This document shows positions 7,835 to 15,995 of a stretch of 24,000 nucleotides of DNA, piece by piece. Position numbers and translations under genes: made by a program. Source of the DNA: Prochlorococcus sp. MIT 1223 (GTDB taxonomy: Bacteria > Cyanobacteriota > Cyanobacteriia > PCC-6307 > Cyanobiaceae); assembly GCF_034092465.1 (NCBI RefSeq), contig NZ_CP139303.1, positions 686,865-710,864 on the forward strand. The letters run 5' to 3'. The first letter of the stretch is position 1. Every line of letters starts with the position of its first letter. The notes beneath the pieces were generated by a model, which saw only the letters and a list, made by a program, of their open reading frames with translations, searched no databases and was not told where the DNA came from.

Positions 7835-8500
7835 ATGGATTACTTAATCCATAAACTACTAGACAAAAAAACTGCGCAAAAAATAATTAGAGAGATTCTA
7901 AGTAATCAATCGGACTGGAAAGACGGGAAGAGAACGGCTGGATCATTTGCCTCAAAAGTAAAAAACAATTTACAACTTGATCGGAATTCTGAATTATCTA
8001 TAAATGCAAGCGATGAAATAACATCACATATGCTTAAAGATCCGCTTATAAAAAGTTTTTCTCTGGCAAAAATTATCCATGGGTTGATGTTTAGCAAAGC
8101 AGGATTAGGTCAGGGGTATGGAACACACATTGACAATCCATATATGAGCTCTGGAAGAAGCGACCTTTCATTCACTCTTTTCTTAAGTGAGAAGAATAAT
8201 TATGAAGGAGGTGAACTTTGCATTCAAACCATGCAAGGAAGCAATAGTTTTAAATTAGATATGGGAGAAATAATTATTTATCCTAGTACAAGCCTTCATT
8301 CAGTAGAGAAAGTCTCAAGTGGCCAGAGAATTGTTTGCGTAGGTTGGATTGAAAGTTACGTTTCTAGCAATGAAGAAAGAAGTTTTTTATTTGGACTTGA
8401 GGCTGGAGCAAAGGGGTTACTTGCAAAATATGGACAGTCACCAGAGTTAGACTTGATATTTCAATCATATGGGAACCTTTTAAGAAGGATGGGGGACTAA
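7835..8500 (+). CDS. piuC: PKHD-type 2-oxoglutarate/Fe(II) hydroxylase, PiuC-like
   Basis: Fe(II)/2OG motifs YGTHIDNPYM and LHSVEKVSSGQRIVCVGWIES; divergent from the iron-binding protein gene. Confidence 0.88.
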   Translation: MDYLIHKLLDKKTAQKIIREILSNQSDWKDGKRTAGSFASKVKNNLQLDRNSELSINASDEITSHMLKDPLIKSFSLAKIIHGLMFSKAGLGQGYGTHIDNPYMSSGRSDLSFTLFLSEKNNYEGGELCIQTMQGSNSFKLDMGEIIIYPSTSLHSVEKVSSGQRIVCVGWIESYVSSNEERSFLFGLEAGAKGLLAKYGQSPELDLIFQSYGNLLRRMGD

Positions 8501-8593
8501 AATATCATTTGATACATTGACTAGTCATTTTTTTTGAAGGGTTCAGAAAAATGCCTATTTGATATATAAGATTGGATTAATGATTTTTAAAAA

Positions 8594-8839
8594 ATGGGAA
8601 AAAAGTCACCCGTTGCAATATTCATGGCAGCAACTGCATTACTTGCAACAAGCAGCCTAAATGCAAATATCAGTCACTCAGCCCCAAAAGATAAAGATAT
8701 TGGTGGCTTAAAGGAATGGACAACAGATCAATCTATTGAAGATGAAAGTAAATTAGATGAAGCAGCCAAAAAAGCAAAGAAAAAAGCAAAGAAAAGAAAT
8801 CTTTGCATACCAGTAGGAGAAGGAGAAAATTGCTGGTAG
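8594..8839 (+). CDS. Small secreted protein of unknown function, 81 aa
   Basis: Signal-like MGKKSPVAIFMAATALLATSSLNA; Lys/Ala-rich KKAKKKAKK segment; C-terminal CIPVGEGENCW with two Cys. Confidence 0.6.
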   Translation: MGKKSPVAIFMAATALLATSSLNANISHSAPKDKDIGGLKEWTTDQSIEDESKLDEAAKKAKKKAKKRNLCIPVGEGENCW

Positions 8840-8880
8840 ATAAAGGTTTTTATTTTATTTAAAATATAAAAATTAAAAAA

Positions 8881-8907
8881 AAAAGCGCTCACTTTGTGAG
8901 CGCTTTT
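8881..8907. terminator. Bidirectional intrinsic terminator between convergent genes
   Basis: AAAAGCGCTCAC (8881-8892) - TTT - GTGAGCGCTTTT (8896-8907), A tract on one side and T tract on the other; lies between the 8594-8839 ORF and the convergent porin gene. Confidence 0.9.
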
Positions 8908-8927
8908 CCTTTTTAATTAGGTAGTTG

Positions 8928-10442
8928 TTAGAACTTTAAAGTTGTCAAAACTACATAACCATTTGCATCGTCGTTAGTTCCAGTGTTTGGATCTGAACTT
9001 CCGAAGAAAGCAGGAGTAACTGACACATTGTCATTAACTTGGAATGTGTAGTAAGCCTCCCATGTGCTGTTGTCCTTAGCACCCTCTGATTGAGCAGTTG
9101 CTGTCTCATCAAGAGTCGCATGGTAAGTGTTAGCGGTCATTCTTGAACCGATAGCAAAACCAGCTTTGTTACCTTCAGAACCTACGTCATCCCACATTAG
9201 GCCGATCATCCAGCCGTCAGCTTCCTTAACGTTGACGTCGTTGTTGTCGATAGTAGTTGTGTCATACCCAATCTGAATAGCTGGGATAGCACCTACTTCT
9301 TCAGGCTTCCAGTAAGCTCTTAAACCGTAAGCTGTTTCATGAGCATGAGTAGCTCTTTCTGCAGCTTGATTTGTTGCGAAGTAAGTATCTGTCCAACCAC
9401 CACTCTTATAAGCAGTAGCTAGAGATACCTGCCATCTTGGAGAACCATACTCAAACTTGACAAGAGTTCCTCTCTTACCTGTTTCACCAAATATTCCGCT
9501 GTCAACAGCTGCAGACTCACCACTCTGTTGAGTATAAGCAAGAGATACAGCGAAGCGTGCAGCAGATGGATCATCCTTTTGCTGAGTCCAGGCAACACCT
9601 AAACCAGGGTTAGTGCTTGAACCGTAAACAGGACCATTACCACCAAGTGCGAATTGCTTCATCACTGGCTTATAAATAGATGGAGAGCTAGCTAGCATGT
9701 AGTAGTTCTCAACCTTTGGACCAATCCAAACTTTGAACTGTTCAGCAACTGGGAATGAATACCATAGCTTGTCTACCTTTAAGTAGTCATAAGCGGTAGC
9801 ACTGCTACCACCTGCCTCGGCAGAACCTGCACCATGAGCAGATAGGTATGTAGCAGATGTTCTGGTGCCGAAATGACCTTGAACGTTACCAGTCTTGATG
9901 CGAACATAAAGATTGTCTCTACCAGAGAAGCTGGAGTTCAAGTTCATCTGATAGCTGTACTCCATAGTTGTGGAGTCAGATGTATCAGCATCACTATCAA
10001 CCTGACCAACGATGATGTTGGCCTTACCGTCTAGCTTTGTTGTATTAGAGAATTGACCGGCTTCGAATTCGCCAACGCGAGCTTCAAGACCATCAATTCT
10101 ACCTTTGATTACAGCAAGCTCAGGAGCGAACTCATTGATAAGACGACGCTCTTCCTCGTTAACCTGAGCAACATTGCCAAGGCACTTGTTTAACAAAGAA
10201 GCAGCTTCGTAACGAGTGATGCTTCCAGAAGGATTAGCAACAGCACATCCGTGGCGCTCAGCCAAAGAAGTTAGAGCTTGATAAGCCCAATCTGTTGGAT
10301 AAACATCAGAGAAGCTCTGAACTTCTGAACCAGAAGTGTAGTCAGAGATTCCATCAATGTTTAAATCAGCAGCGTTTGCTGCCAATGGTGCCATTAGGCC
10401 CAATGCAGCAGGAGCTACCAGCAATTGCTGGAAAAGTTTCAT
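8928..10442 (-). CDS. som: Cyanobacterial outer-membrane porin with SLH domain (Som-like, OprB-type)
   Basis: Signal peptide, SLH-like DVYPTDWAYQALTSLAERHGCAVANPSGSITRYEAASLLNKCL, coiled region, then beta-barrel-like repeats ending in aromatic-rich strands (VVLTTLKF). Confidence 0.9.
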   Translation of the reverse strand: MKLFQQLLVAPAALGLMAPLAANAADLNIDGISDYTSGSEVQSFSDVYPTDWAYQALTSLAERHGCAVANPSGSITRYEAASLLNKCLGNVAQVNEEERRLINEFAPELAVIKGRIDGLEARVGEFEAGQFSNTTKLDGKANIIVGQVDSDADTSDSTTMEYSYQMNLNSSFSGRDNLYVRIKTGNVQGHFGTRTSATYLSAHGAGSAEAGGSSATAYDYLKVDKLWYSFPVAEQFKVWIGPKVENYYMLASSPSIYKPVMKQFALGGNGPVYGSSTNPGLGVAWTQQKDDPSAARFAVSLAYTQQSGESAAVDSGIFGETGKRGTLVKFEYGSPRWQVSLATAYKSGGWTDTYFATNQAAERATHAHETAYGLRAYWKPEEVGAIPAIQIGYDTTTIDNNDVNVKEADGWMIGLMWDDVGSEGNKAGFAIGSRMTANTYHATLDETATAQSEGAKDNSTWEAYYTFQVNDNVSVTPAFFGSSDPNTGTNDDANGYVVLTTLKF

Positions 10443-10525
10443 TTAATTCCTCACACAGAAATACCCAAAACTTGGGCTCGCACATTATAGATGCTAATCA
10501 AGCTAAACACCAGTAAAAACCAATT

Positions 10526-10589
10526 AATTACTTCCACCTATGCATCGAATGTAACAATTCTCACATTCGATGCATAGGTGGAAGTAATT
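10526..10589. repeat. Long perfect inverted repeat, 27-nt arms, 10-nt loop
   Basis: AATTACTTCCACCTATGCATCGAATGT (10526-10552), AACAATTCTC loop, ACATTCGATGCATAGGTGGAAGTAATT (10563-10589); arms are exact reverse complements. Confidence 0.95.
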
Positions 10590-10635
10590 TGGAATCCTAT
10601 TAAAAACAACCTGGCAGAAAATAATTGTTTTCCTT

Positions 10636-11511
10636 TTAGTTTCTATCTTTTAAAAGAGGGAAGTTCAATTCCTGCCTTTTTGCAAGCCAACTTTCAGCTA
10701 CTTCCTTAGCAAGACTCCTAATACGTGAAATAATGCTAGTTCTCTCTGTAACAGATATAACTCCTCTTGCTTCAAGCAAGTTGAACGTATGACTGCACTT
10801 TAAAACAAATTCTAAAGCCGGTGCAGCTAAGTTGTTTTGCATTAAAGATTTTGCCTCAGCTTCATATATTTCAAAGAGTTTTTTTAATTTTTGAGGGTCA
10901 GATACTTCGAAATTATATTTACATTGATCTTTCTCAAATGGAAGCCAAATATCTCCATAAGTCAAATTTTTATTCCAATTAAGGTCCCAAATACTTTCTA
11001 CATTTTGAAGATACATCGCTAATCTTTCTATCCCATAAGTAATTTCAATGGAAACTGGGCGGCAATCAATGCCACCACATTGCTGGAAGTAAGTAAATTG
11101 AGTCACCTCCATGCCATCAAGCCAAACCTCCCAACCCACTCCCCATGCGCCTAAAGTTGGTGATTCCCAATTATCCTCAACAAATCTAATATCATGTTCT
11201 TTCTGGATAATTCCTATGGCTTCCAAGGAGGAAAGATAAGTTTCTTGTATTTCATCGGGAGAGGGCTTTATTAAAACTTGATATTGAAAATAATGTTGAG
11301 CTCGATTTGGATTGTCTCCATATCTACCGTCAGTAGGCCTTCTGCATGGTTCTGGGTAGGCAACTGACCATGGTTCTGGCCCTAATGCTCTAAGAACAGT
11401 ATGTGGACTCATTGTTCCAGCCCCTTTTTCAGTATCAAATGGCTGCAAAATCAAGCACCCTTGTTCACTCCAAAATGAATTAAGGCTAGAGATTATGTCC
11501 TGAAAGTACAT
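10636..11511 (-). CDS. glyQ: Glycyl-tRNA synthetase alpha subunit
   Basis: [86 protein letters not shown], diagnostic for GlyQ. Confidence 0.99.
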   Translation of the reverse strand: MYFQDIISSLNSFWSEQGCLILQPFDTEKGAGTMSPHTVLRALGPEPWSVAYPEPCRRPTDGRYGDNPNRAQHYFQYQVLIKPSPDEIQETYLSSLEAIGIIQKEHDIRFVEDNWESPTLGAWGVGWEVWLDGMEVTQFTYFQQCGGIDCRPVSIEITYGIERLAMYLQNVESIWDLNWNKNLTYGDIWLPFEKDQCKYNFEVSDPQKLKKLFEIYEAEAKSLMQNNLAAPALEFVLKCSHTFNLLEARGVISVTERTSIISRIRSLAKEVAESWLAKRQELNFPLLKDRN

Positions 11512-12329
11512 ATGCCTATCCTCTCCAGTCGCAGCAAGTGTTCTTAGCAGTCATATTCATTGATAGGTTATTGATAGGCAGGAAACTGCATATTTCATTA
11601 TCTCAAAAATTAGTGCTATCAACAGGGTGCATAGGTGAATCGAAACGACAATCTATTCATTCAACATTTAATCCTTTCGCCTTAGGAAAATAAAACTTAA
11701 AATCCAACAAAATATATTTATTCAACTTCTTACTACAAGAAGCTATAATTATATTCTTAATCAATGTAATCTAAGCTATATCTAACCATGAAAATTATTG
11801 TCATATGATTTAAATTTTAAAGGAGGAGCTATAGGAAATCACTTCGGATAGAAACAAGAAAATTAGATTTGAATCTTGTTAATTTAGCTATTCTTACTCC
11901 AAGAGTAAAAGCTCTATTTCTATAGACTTAATCTTTTCTTCATTATTTTTAATTAAATTAAGACTTGCTTTTTAAGTTTGACATATTGGATTAGTAATTA
12001 CTATTTCATAGCTATTCATAGATGTAAATAGATATTGGATTCGAAAGACCTAGTACTAAAAGTACTTTTAAAACATGTAAGTAATTCGAATCCTCTACTA
12101 TAATATTTACCAGATAAGGCATCTAAATTACCATTTAAATAGCTTAGAGTATTACTTTTGCCAAGTTCATAACGTACATAACCTCTATCTGTTAAATATC
12201 CTCCATCTATTGGCATATATATTATTGATCGAACAACATAACTCTATATGAAAATGCTCTGGTTTTTTTCGGAATAAAAAGTAGCTTTTTCTGATTAAGT
12301 AACTATATTTAGAAATATTAGAAAAAATC

Positions 12330-12479
12330 ATGGTTATTTCTACGAATCTAGAGATTGAGTCACTTGGAAATGAAACCAAAGAAACCCTTGGCTTTAAAAC
12401 TGAAGAAGAAATGGAACTCGCTCTTAAACCTCTAATGGAAAAATCTAATGTTTCATTAGAAAATGTATATGCTATATAA
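12330..12479 (+). CDS. Possible small acidic protein, 49 aa
   Basis: MVISTNLEIESLGNETKETLGFKTEEEMELALKPLMEKSNVSLENVYAI; protein-like composition, below track cutoff, opposite to a low-quality 103-aa ORF. Confidence 0.4.
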   Translation: MVISTNLEIESLGNETKETLGFKTEEEMELALKPLMEKSNVSLENVYAI

Positions 12480-12492
12480 TCTATTCTTAAAT

Positions 12493-12744
12493 TCAATTCA
12501 TCATTTTATTATATAAAAATAATCCAATTAGAATAAACAACCCTGATATCAAAATCAAGCTTATTAAAGAAATAATGTTCTGATTGAATAATAAGTATGT
12601 TGCTATAAAAAGTATTGAAGGTGCAAGTATTAAAGTTTTTGAAAATAAATCTTTATTCCATTTTGGAGATTCAGAAAAGTCATCTTCAGTTCTTAACTCT
12701 TTGAGACGCTCTTCTAAAGTCTTTTGATCAAAATTCTTCATCAA
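12493..12744 (-). CDS. Small membrane protein, two predicted TM helices
   Basis: MMKNFDQKTLEERLKELRTEDDFSESPKWNKDLFSKTLILAPSILFIATYLLFNQNIISLISLILISGLFILIGLFLYNKMMN. Confidence 0.7.
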   Translation of the reverse strand: MMKNFDQKTLEERLKELRTEDDFSESPKWNKDLFSKTLILAPSILFIATYLLFNQNIISLISLILISGLFILIGLFLYNKMMN

Positions 12745-12962
12745 TTGAATTCATATAAGGTATTAAACATAATGCAATAATTTTAGAACTAAATAAAGAC
12801 TCTAGACCTCAATCAAAAGCATTTTTACAAATCTATCTTTCAGCTGTTTCTTAAAATGAACTCTACGGCCTTAACCGTTAAATATTGTTTTAAAGATATC
12901 AGTAAATTAGGTGGTCAATGTAAAAAGTAGTATATTACAAGTATAAATAATCACTAATAGAA

Positions 12963-13076
12963 ATGTCTTCAGAGGAAATTCAATTAATTGGGAATTCTCT
13001 TGCAGCTCATCCTCCAATTATCATAGGGGCTCTATGCCTATTCATGTACATAAGAAGACGCTTTCTAGCTACTTAA
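12963..13076 (+). CDS. Single-TM micropeptide, 37 aa
   Basis: MSSEEIQLIIGNSLAAHPPIIIGALCLFMYIRRRFLAT; hydrophobic helix followed by RRR, typical of small thylakoid or inner-membrane subunits; below track cutoff. Confidence 0.5.
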   Translation: MSSEEIQLIGNSLAAHPPIIIGALCLFMYIRRRFLAT

Positions 13077-13115
13077 AGCAGCTTTGCTTTTATTAAATAA
13101 ATGACTAATTGCCTT

Positions 13116-13712
13116 TCAGCCAAAAGGATTAGTACCTTTTAAAGGACCTACAAATAAGAATTCCATGAAAGCTCCAGTTATGGCCATTGGGAATACCCAA
13201 ATCGCCATAAATCTGAATCCAAAAAATCTCATTTTTTCATTTCCTTCAAAGACATTCTTAGTATTGGTATAAATAGTTTCATCACCTTTAATTAAATAAG
13301 TAGATTTGTTATTCTCATCTATTGGTTTAACAATCTCATTAGTTTTTCTAGAAGTAAATCTTCTTATTGTATTTATAGCAACTATTGGTAAAACCCATAG
13401 AGCAAAGTCTCTCTTGCTAATATTTTTTCTAAATCCTTCCTTGCTAGGAATGGCACTTTCAATTAGAGAGTAAATGTATTCTGGTTCATTCATTTCTTTA
13501 ATATTAGTTGGATCTAACTCGCCTCCATTATCTAAGCTATCTTGATTTTCTAGTTCTTTATTTTCTGATGTTATAACTGCAACTGAGCTGTTTTCTTGAT
13601 CATTATTCAAATCAGCTCTATTAGAAGAATCAAATCCTCCTTCATTTAAATCTATATTTTCATTATTACTTACTGAATCAGATGAATCAGTATTTAAGTT
13701 TGGATCTTCCAT
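13116..13712 (-). CDS. Hypothetical membrane protein with acidic low-complexity N-terminus
   Basis: About 85 residues rich in D/E/N/S, then hydrophobic segments FALWVLPIVAINTI and FGFRFMAIWVFPMAITGAFMEFLFVGPLKGTNPFG. Confidence 0.75.
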   Translation of the reverse strand: MEDPNLNTDSSDSVSNNENIDLNEGGFDSSNRADLNNDQENSSVAVITSENKELENQDSLDNGGELDPTNIKEMNEPEYIYSLIESAIPSKEGFRKNISKRDFALWVLPIVAINTIRRFTSRKTNEIVKPIDENNKSTYLIKGDETIYTNTKNVFEGNEKMRFFGFRFMAIWVFPMAITGAFMEFLFVGPLKGTNPFG

Positions 13713-13816
13713 TAAGAAATACTATTCTATTAAAATTATAATGAATCAAACTCTCAATAATCAAAATTAGATTGAATTGTATAAGTTTATATAAAAACTC
13801 TTAATAAAAAGTTTAC

Positions 13817-14125
13817 CTAAACTCCTATTACACCCCTACGGATGAACTGCATAGCAAATATTGCTCCTAGAAAAAATACAGTTGGTATTCCTAATGCGTT
13901 TACAGCCAGCGTCCTAACTGTAAAAACTGGATAGCCTCTTTCTGGCCTGCCTTGTGTAGCGACTATTGCAGTGTCTTCCCAAACTTGATAGTTCTCTAAA
14001 GTAGGAAAACCTGGAGCTACTTTGTTATCCCACTTTAATACTTCCCACTTCGTTAGCCAGAAGACTGTAAATACTAATGAAAAAATGATGGGTGTAAAAA
14101 CAAGAATTAGTCTGAAGTCCATCAA
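13817..14125 (-). CDS. Two-TM protein with C-terminal PsbF (cytochrome b559 beta)-like domain; N-terminus loosely PsbY-like
   Basis: C-terminus [33 protein letters not shown] closely resembles PsbF ([30 protein letters not shown]). N-terminal [23 protein letters not shown] is a separate TM helix. Confidence 0.8.
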   Translation of the reverse strand: MMDFRLILVFTPIIFSLVFTVFWLTKWEVLKWDNKVAPGFPTLENYQVWEDTAIVATQGRPERGYPVFTVRTLAVNALGIPTVFFLGAIFAMQFIRRGVIGV

Positions 14126-14299
14126 AAACCAAAAATTTATGTACTAATCGTTGCATTGATAGAGCCAAAAAAGACGATTACATTAAACAGCATGACAATT
14201 CTGTAACTAATCTTATTCTGAGGCGTAGTAATTGAAGCTTTTCAGTGGACTATCAATTACATCTGTTAGGCTTAAAAAACTGCAGTTAGCAGGTTATTT

Positions 14300-14701
14300 A
14301 TGGAATTCGGTTTCAAAGAAGTTCTTTTTGGGCTTGCTGGGGTCAGCATGATTGCATGGGCCGCAGTCATTGGTCTTTGGCACACTTATATGTTTCCAAG
14401 ATTTTTCAGCGAAGACTCATCAAGGAATCAAAGCGTCTCAGATTCATCCATCGCTCCACTATCAATCGCCAATGCAAATGGATCTAATTTAGGAAAAGGC
14501 GAATTAAGGCCAAGCACCCAAACTATTGGTCTCCCTAGTAGAAATAAATATTCAAGGCAGTCAATTGTTTTAGCTGACTTCAGCCCTGTTGAGCCTGGAT
14601 ATGGAGTAAATAGATTGTATACAATTATTCTACTTGGCCTTGGAATTACCTCTTTTGTATTAATAACCTTTGGCCTTCAAAGTGGCTTTAACTTAATCTA
14701 G
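14300..14701 (+). CDS. Hypothetical membrane protein, two predicted TM helices
   Basis: MEFGFKEVLFGLAGVSMIAWAAVIGLWHTYMFPRFF near N-terminus and LYTIILLGLGITSFVLITFGLQSGF near C-terminus, Ser/Asn-rich linker between. Confidence 0.75.
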   Translation: MEFGFKEVLFGLAGVSMIAWAAVIGLWHTYMFPRFFSEDSSRNQSVSDSSIAPLSIANANGSNLGKGELRPSTQTIGLPSRNKYSRQSIVLADFSPVEPGYGVNRLYTIILLGLGITSFVLITFGLQSGFNLI

Positions 14702-15025
14702 AATATCAAAAATCCTTTGTTTTTAATGTTTTATGAGGTATTTTATAAATACTTATAGTTTTATTTTGATTGGTAATATATAAATTTATATTTTTTTAAA
14801 ATAATTAAAATTAATATAGGTAAAACTTTAAATCAAATAAATAATTAACTTTAAATGGCTTTAAAATGATGCTTAATTCGATTAAACCATTGGTTAGAAA
14901 GGAGCCATTGTGAATCAACAAAAAAATGAGACCTATAGTTGTATAAAAAAAAATAGCCTAAAGAAGATAATCTCGGTCTAATTGATCAAATTTGGACTAA
15001 TATATATCTGATTTTCAACCATACA

Positions 15026-15547
15026 ATGACAGTAGGAATCTACTTTGCTACAACAACAGGCAAAACTGAGGATATAGCTGAAAGGCTTCACGGCTTACTT
15101 GACTCAGCAGATGCTCCAAAGGATATTTCTGACGTTGATGACCTAAGTGAATTTGGTGGTCACGATGGAATTATTTGCGGAATTCCTACCTGGAACACCG
15201 GTGCTGATTCAGAAAGATCTGGCACTGCCTGGGATTCAATTCTTGAAGATATTGGAGAATTAGATCTTGGAGGAAAAAAAGTTGCGATTTTTGGACTAGG
15301 TGACTCCTCTACTTACACAGAAAACTACTGTGATGCGATGGAAGAACTTCACAGGTACTTCAAGCAAGCTGGCGCCACAATGGTTGGATATGTCAGTAAA
15401 GGTGACTATACATTTGACGAGTCAAAAAGTGTCGTAGGAGAAGATTTCTGCGGCCTGCCTCTAGATGAGGACAGCGAATCAGACATGACTGATTCACGAA
15501 TTGCTACTTGGGCAGAAAAGTTAAAGCAAGAAATCCCAGGACTTTAA
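15026..15547 (+). CDS. isiB: Flavodoxin, long-chain
   Basis: MTVGIYFATTTGKTEDIAERL (FMN phosphate loop), GIPTWNTGADSERSGTAWD, FGLGDSSTYTENYCDAMEELH. Confidence 0.96.
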   Translation: MTVGIYFATTTGKTEDIAERLHGLLDSADAPKDISDVDDLSEFGGHDGIICGIPTWNTGADSERSGTAWDSILEDIGELDLGGKKVAIFGLGDSSTYTENYCDAMEELHRYFKQAGATMVGYVSKGDYTFDESKSVVGEDFCGLPLDEDSESDMTDSRIATWAEKLKQEIPGL

Positions 15548-15603
15548 AGGGACATAAAGCTATAAAGGGTATTTAACTTTTATAGCTTCTATCATTCTTG
15601 AAA

Positions 15604-15647
15604 AAATAGTTTCTCTCCTTTAACGCCTTAAGGGAGAGGAACTATTT
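15604..15647 (+). terminator. Likely transcription terminator downstream of flavodoxin
   Basis: 20-bp stem AAATAGTTTCTCTCCTTTAA / TTAAGGGAGAGGAACTATTT with CGCC loop; two positions pair only as G-U in plus-strand RNA, consistent with plus orientation. Confidence 0.7.
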
Positions 15648-15699
15648 CATATTTTCAGAAACCAAGACAATTGGACTAAAATGTCTTAAGGTTTTCTTT

Positions 15700-15939
15700 A
15701 TGAACTCAAGACAGTCTTCTGGGGATGAGGTTTTATTCCCGGTAACCATTTCGATAAAAGCTGGAACAGCTAAGCTTTTATCGCAAATGGCTATGGATAT
15801 GGGGATTAGCATCGACGATGTATTGAGCGTCTTAGCCGAAGATGCAGCTATTGACCTCGAAAATGATCTACCATATTTCCATAAAGATTCAATTCCAGAT
15901 AAATGCAGTAAAGATGACTTACTAAAAGCCCTTGAATAA
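15700..15939 (+). CDS. Hypothetical 79-aa protein, possibly ribbon-helix-helix-like
   Basis: LFPVTISIKAGTAKLLSQMAMDMGISIDDVLSVLAEDAAIDLENDLP; protein-like frame between the terminator and a convergent gene. Confidence 0.65.
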   Translation: MNSRQSSGDEVLFPVTISIKAGTAKLLSQMAMDMGISIDDVLSVLAEDAAIDLENDLPYFHKDSIPDKCSKDDLLKALE

Positions 15940-15995
15940 TAAAAAATAAGAAGACAAACTATTAAAATTATTTTGTAGCGAACAACAAAACACTT

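Noticed and set aside
7906-8097. Minus-strand ORF inside the PiuC-like gene
   Set aside because: Antisense to a gene with clear catalytic motifs.
10295-10516. Plus-strand 73-aa ORF
   Set aside because: Antisense to the porin 5' end and leader.
11578-11589. GCAG-GAAA-CTGC mini hairpin after TTGATAGG direct repeats; considered as a picocyanobacterial Yfr2-like sRNA signal
   Set aside because: Only a 4-bp stem and a common GGAAAC string; no promoter or terminator evidence to support an RNA gene.
11628-11637. TGCATAGGTG, shared with the right arm of the 27-bp inverted repeat (10571-10580)
   Set aside because: A 10-nt match within about 1 kb of AT-rich sequence is insufficient to claim a second copy of the element.
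12016-12216. Minus-strand 66-aa ORF MPIDGGYLTDRGYVRYELGK...
   Set aside because: No recognisable family, weak start context and low-complexity tail; cannot be supported, though it might be a gene remnant.
12185-12496. Minus-strand 103-aa ORF
   Set aside because: Composition looks like an antisense frame; the opposite 49-aa frame is more protein-like.
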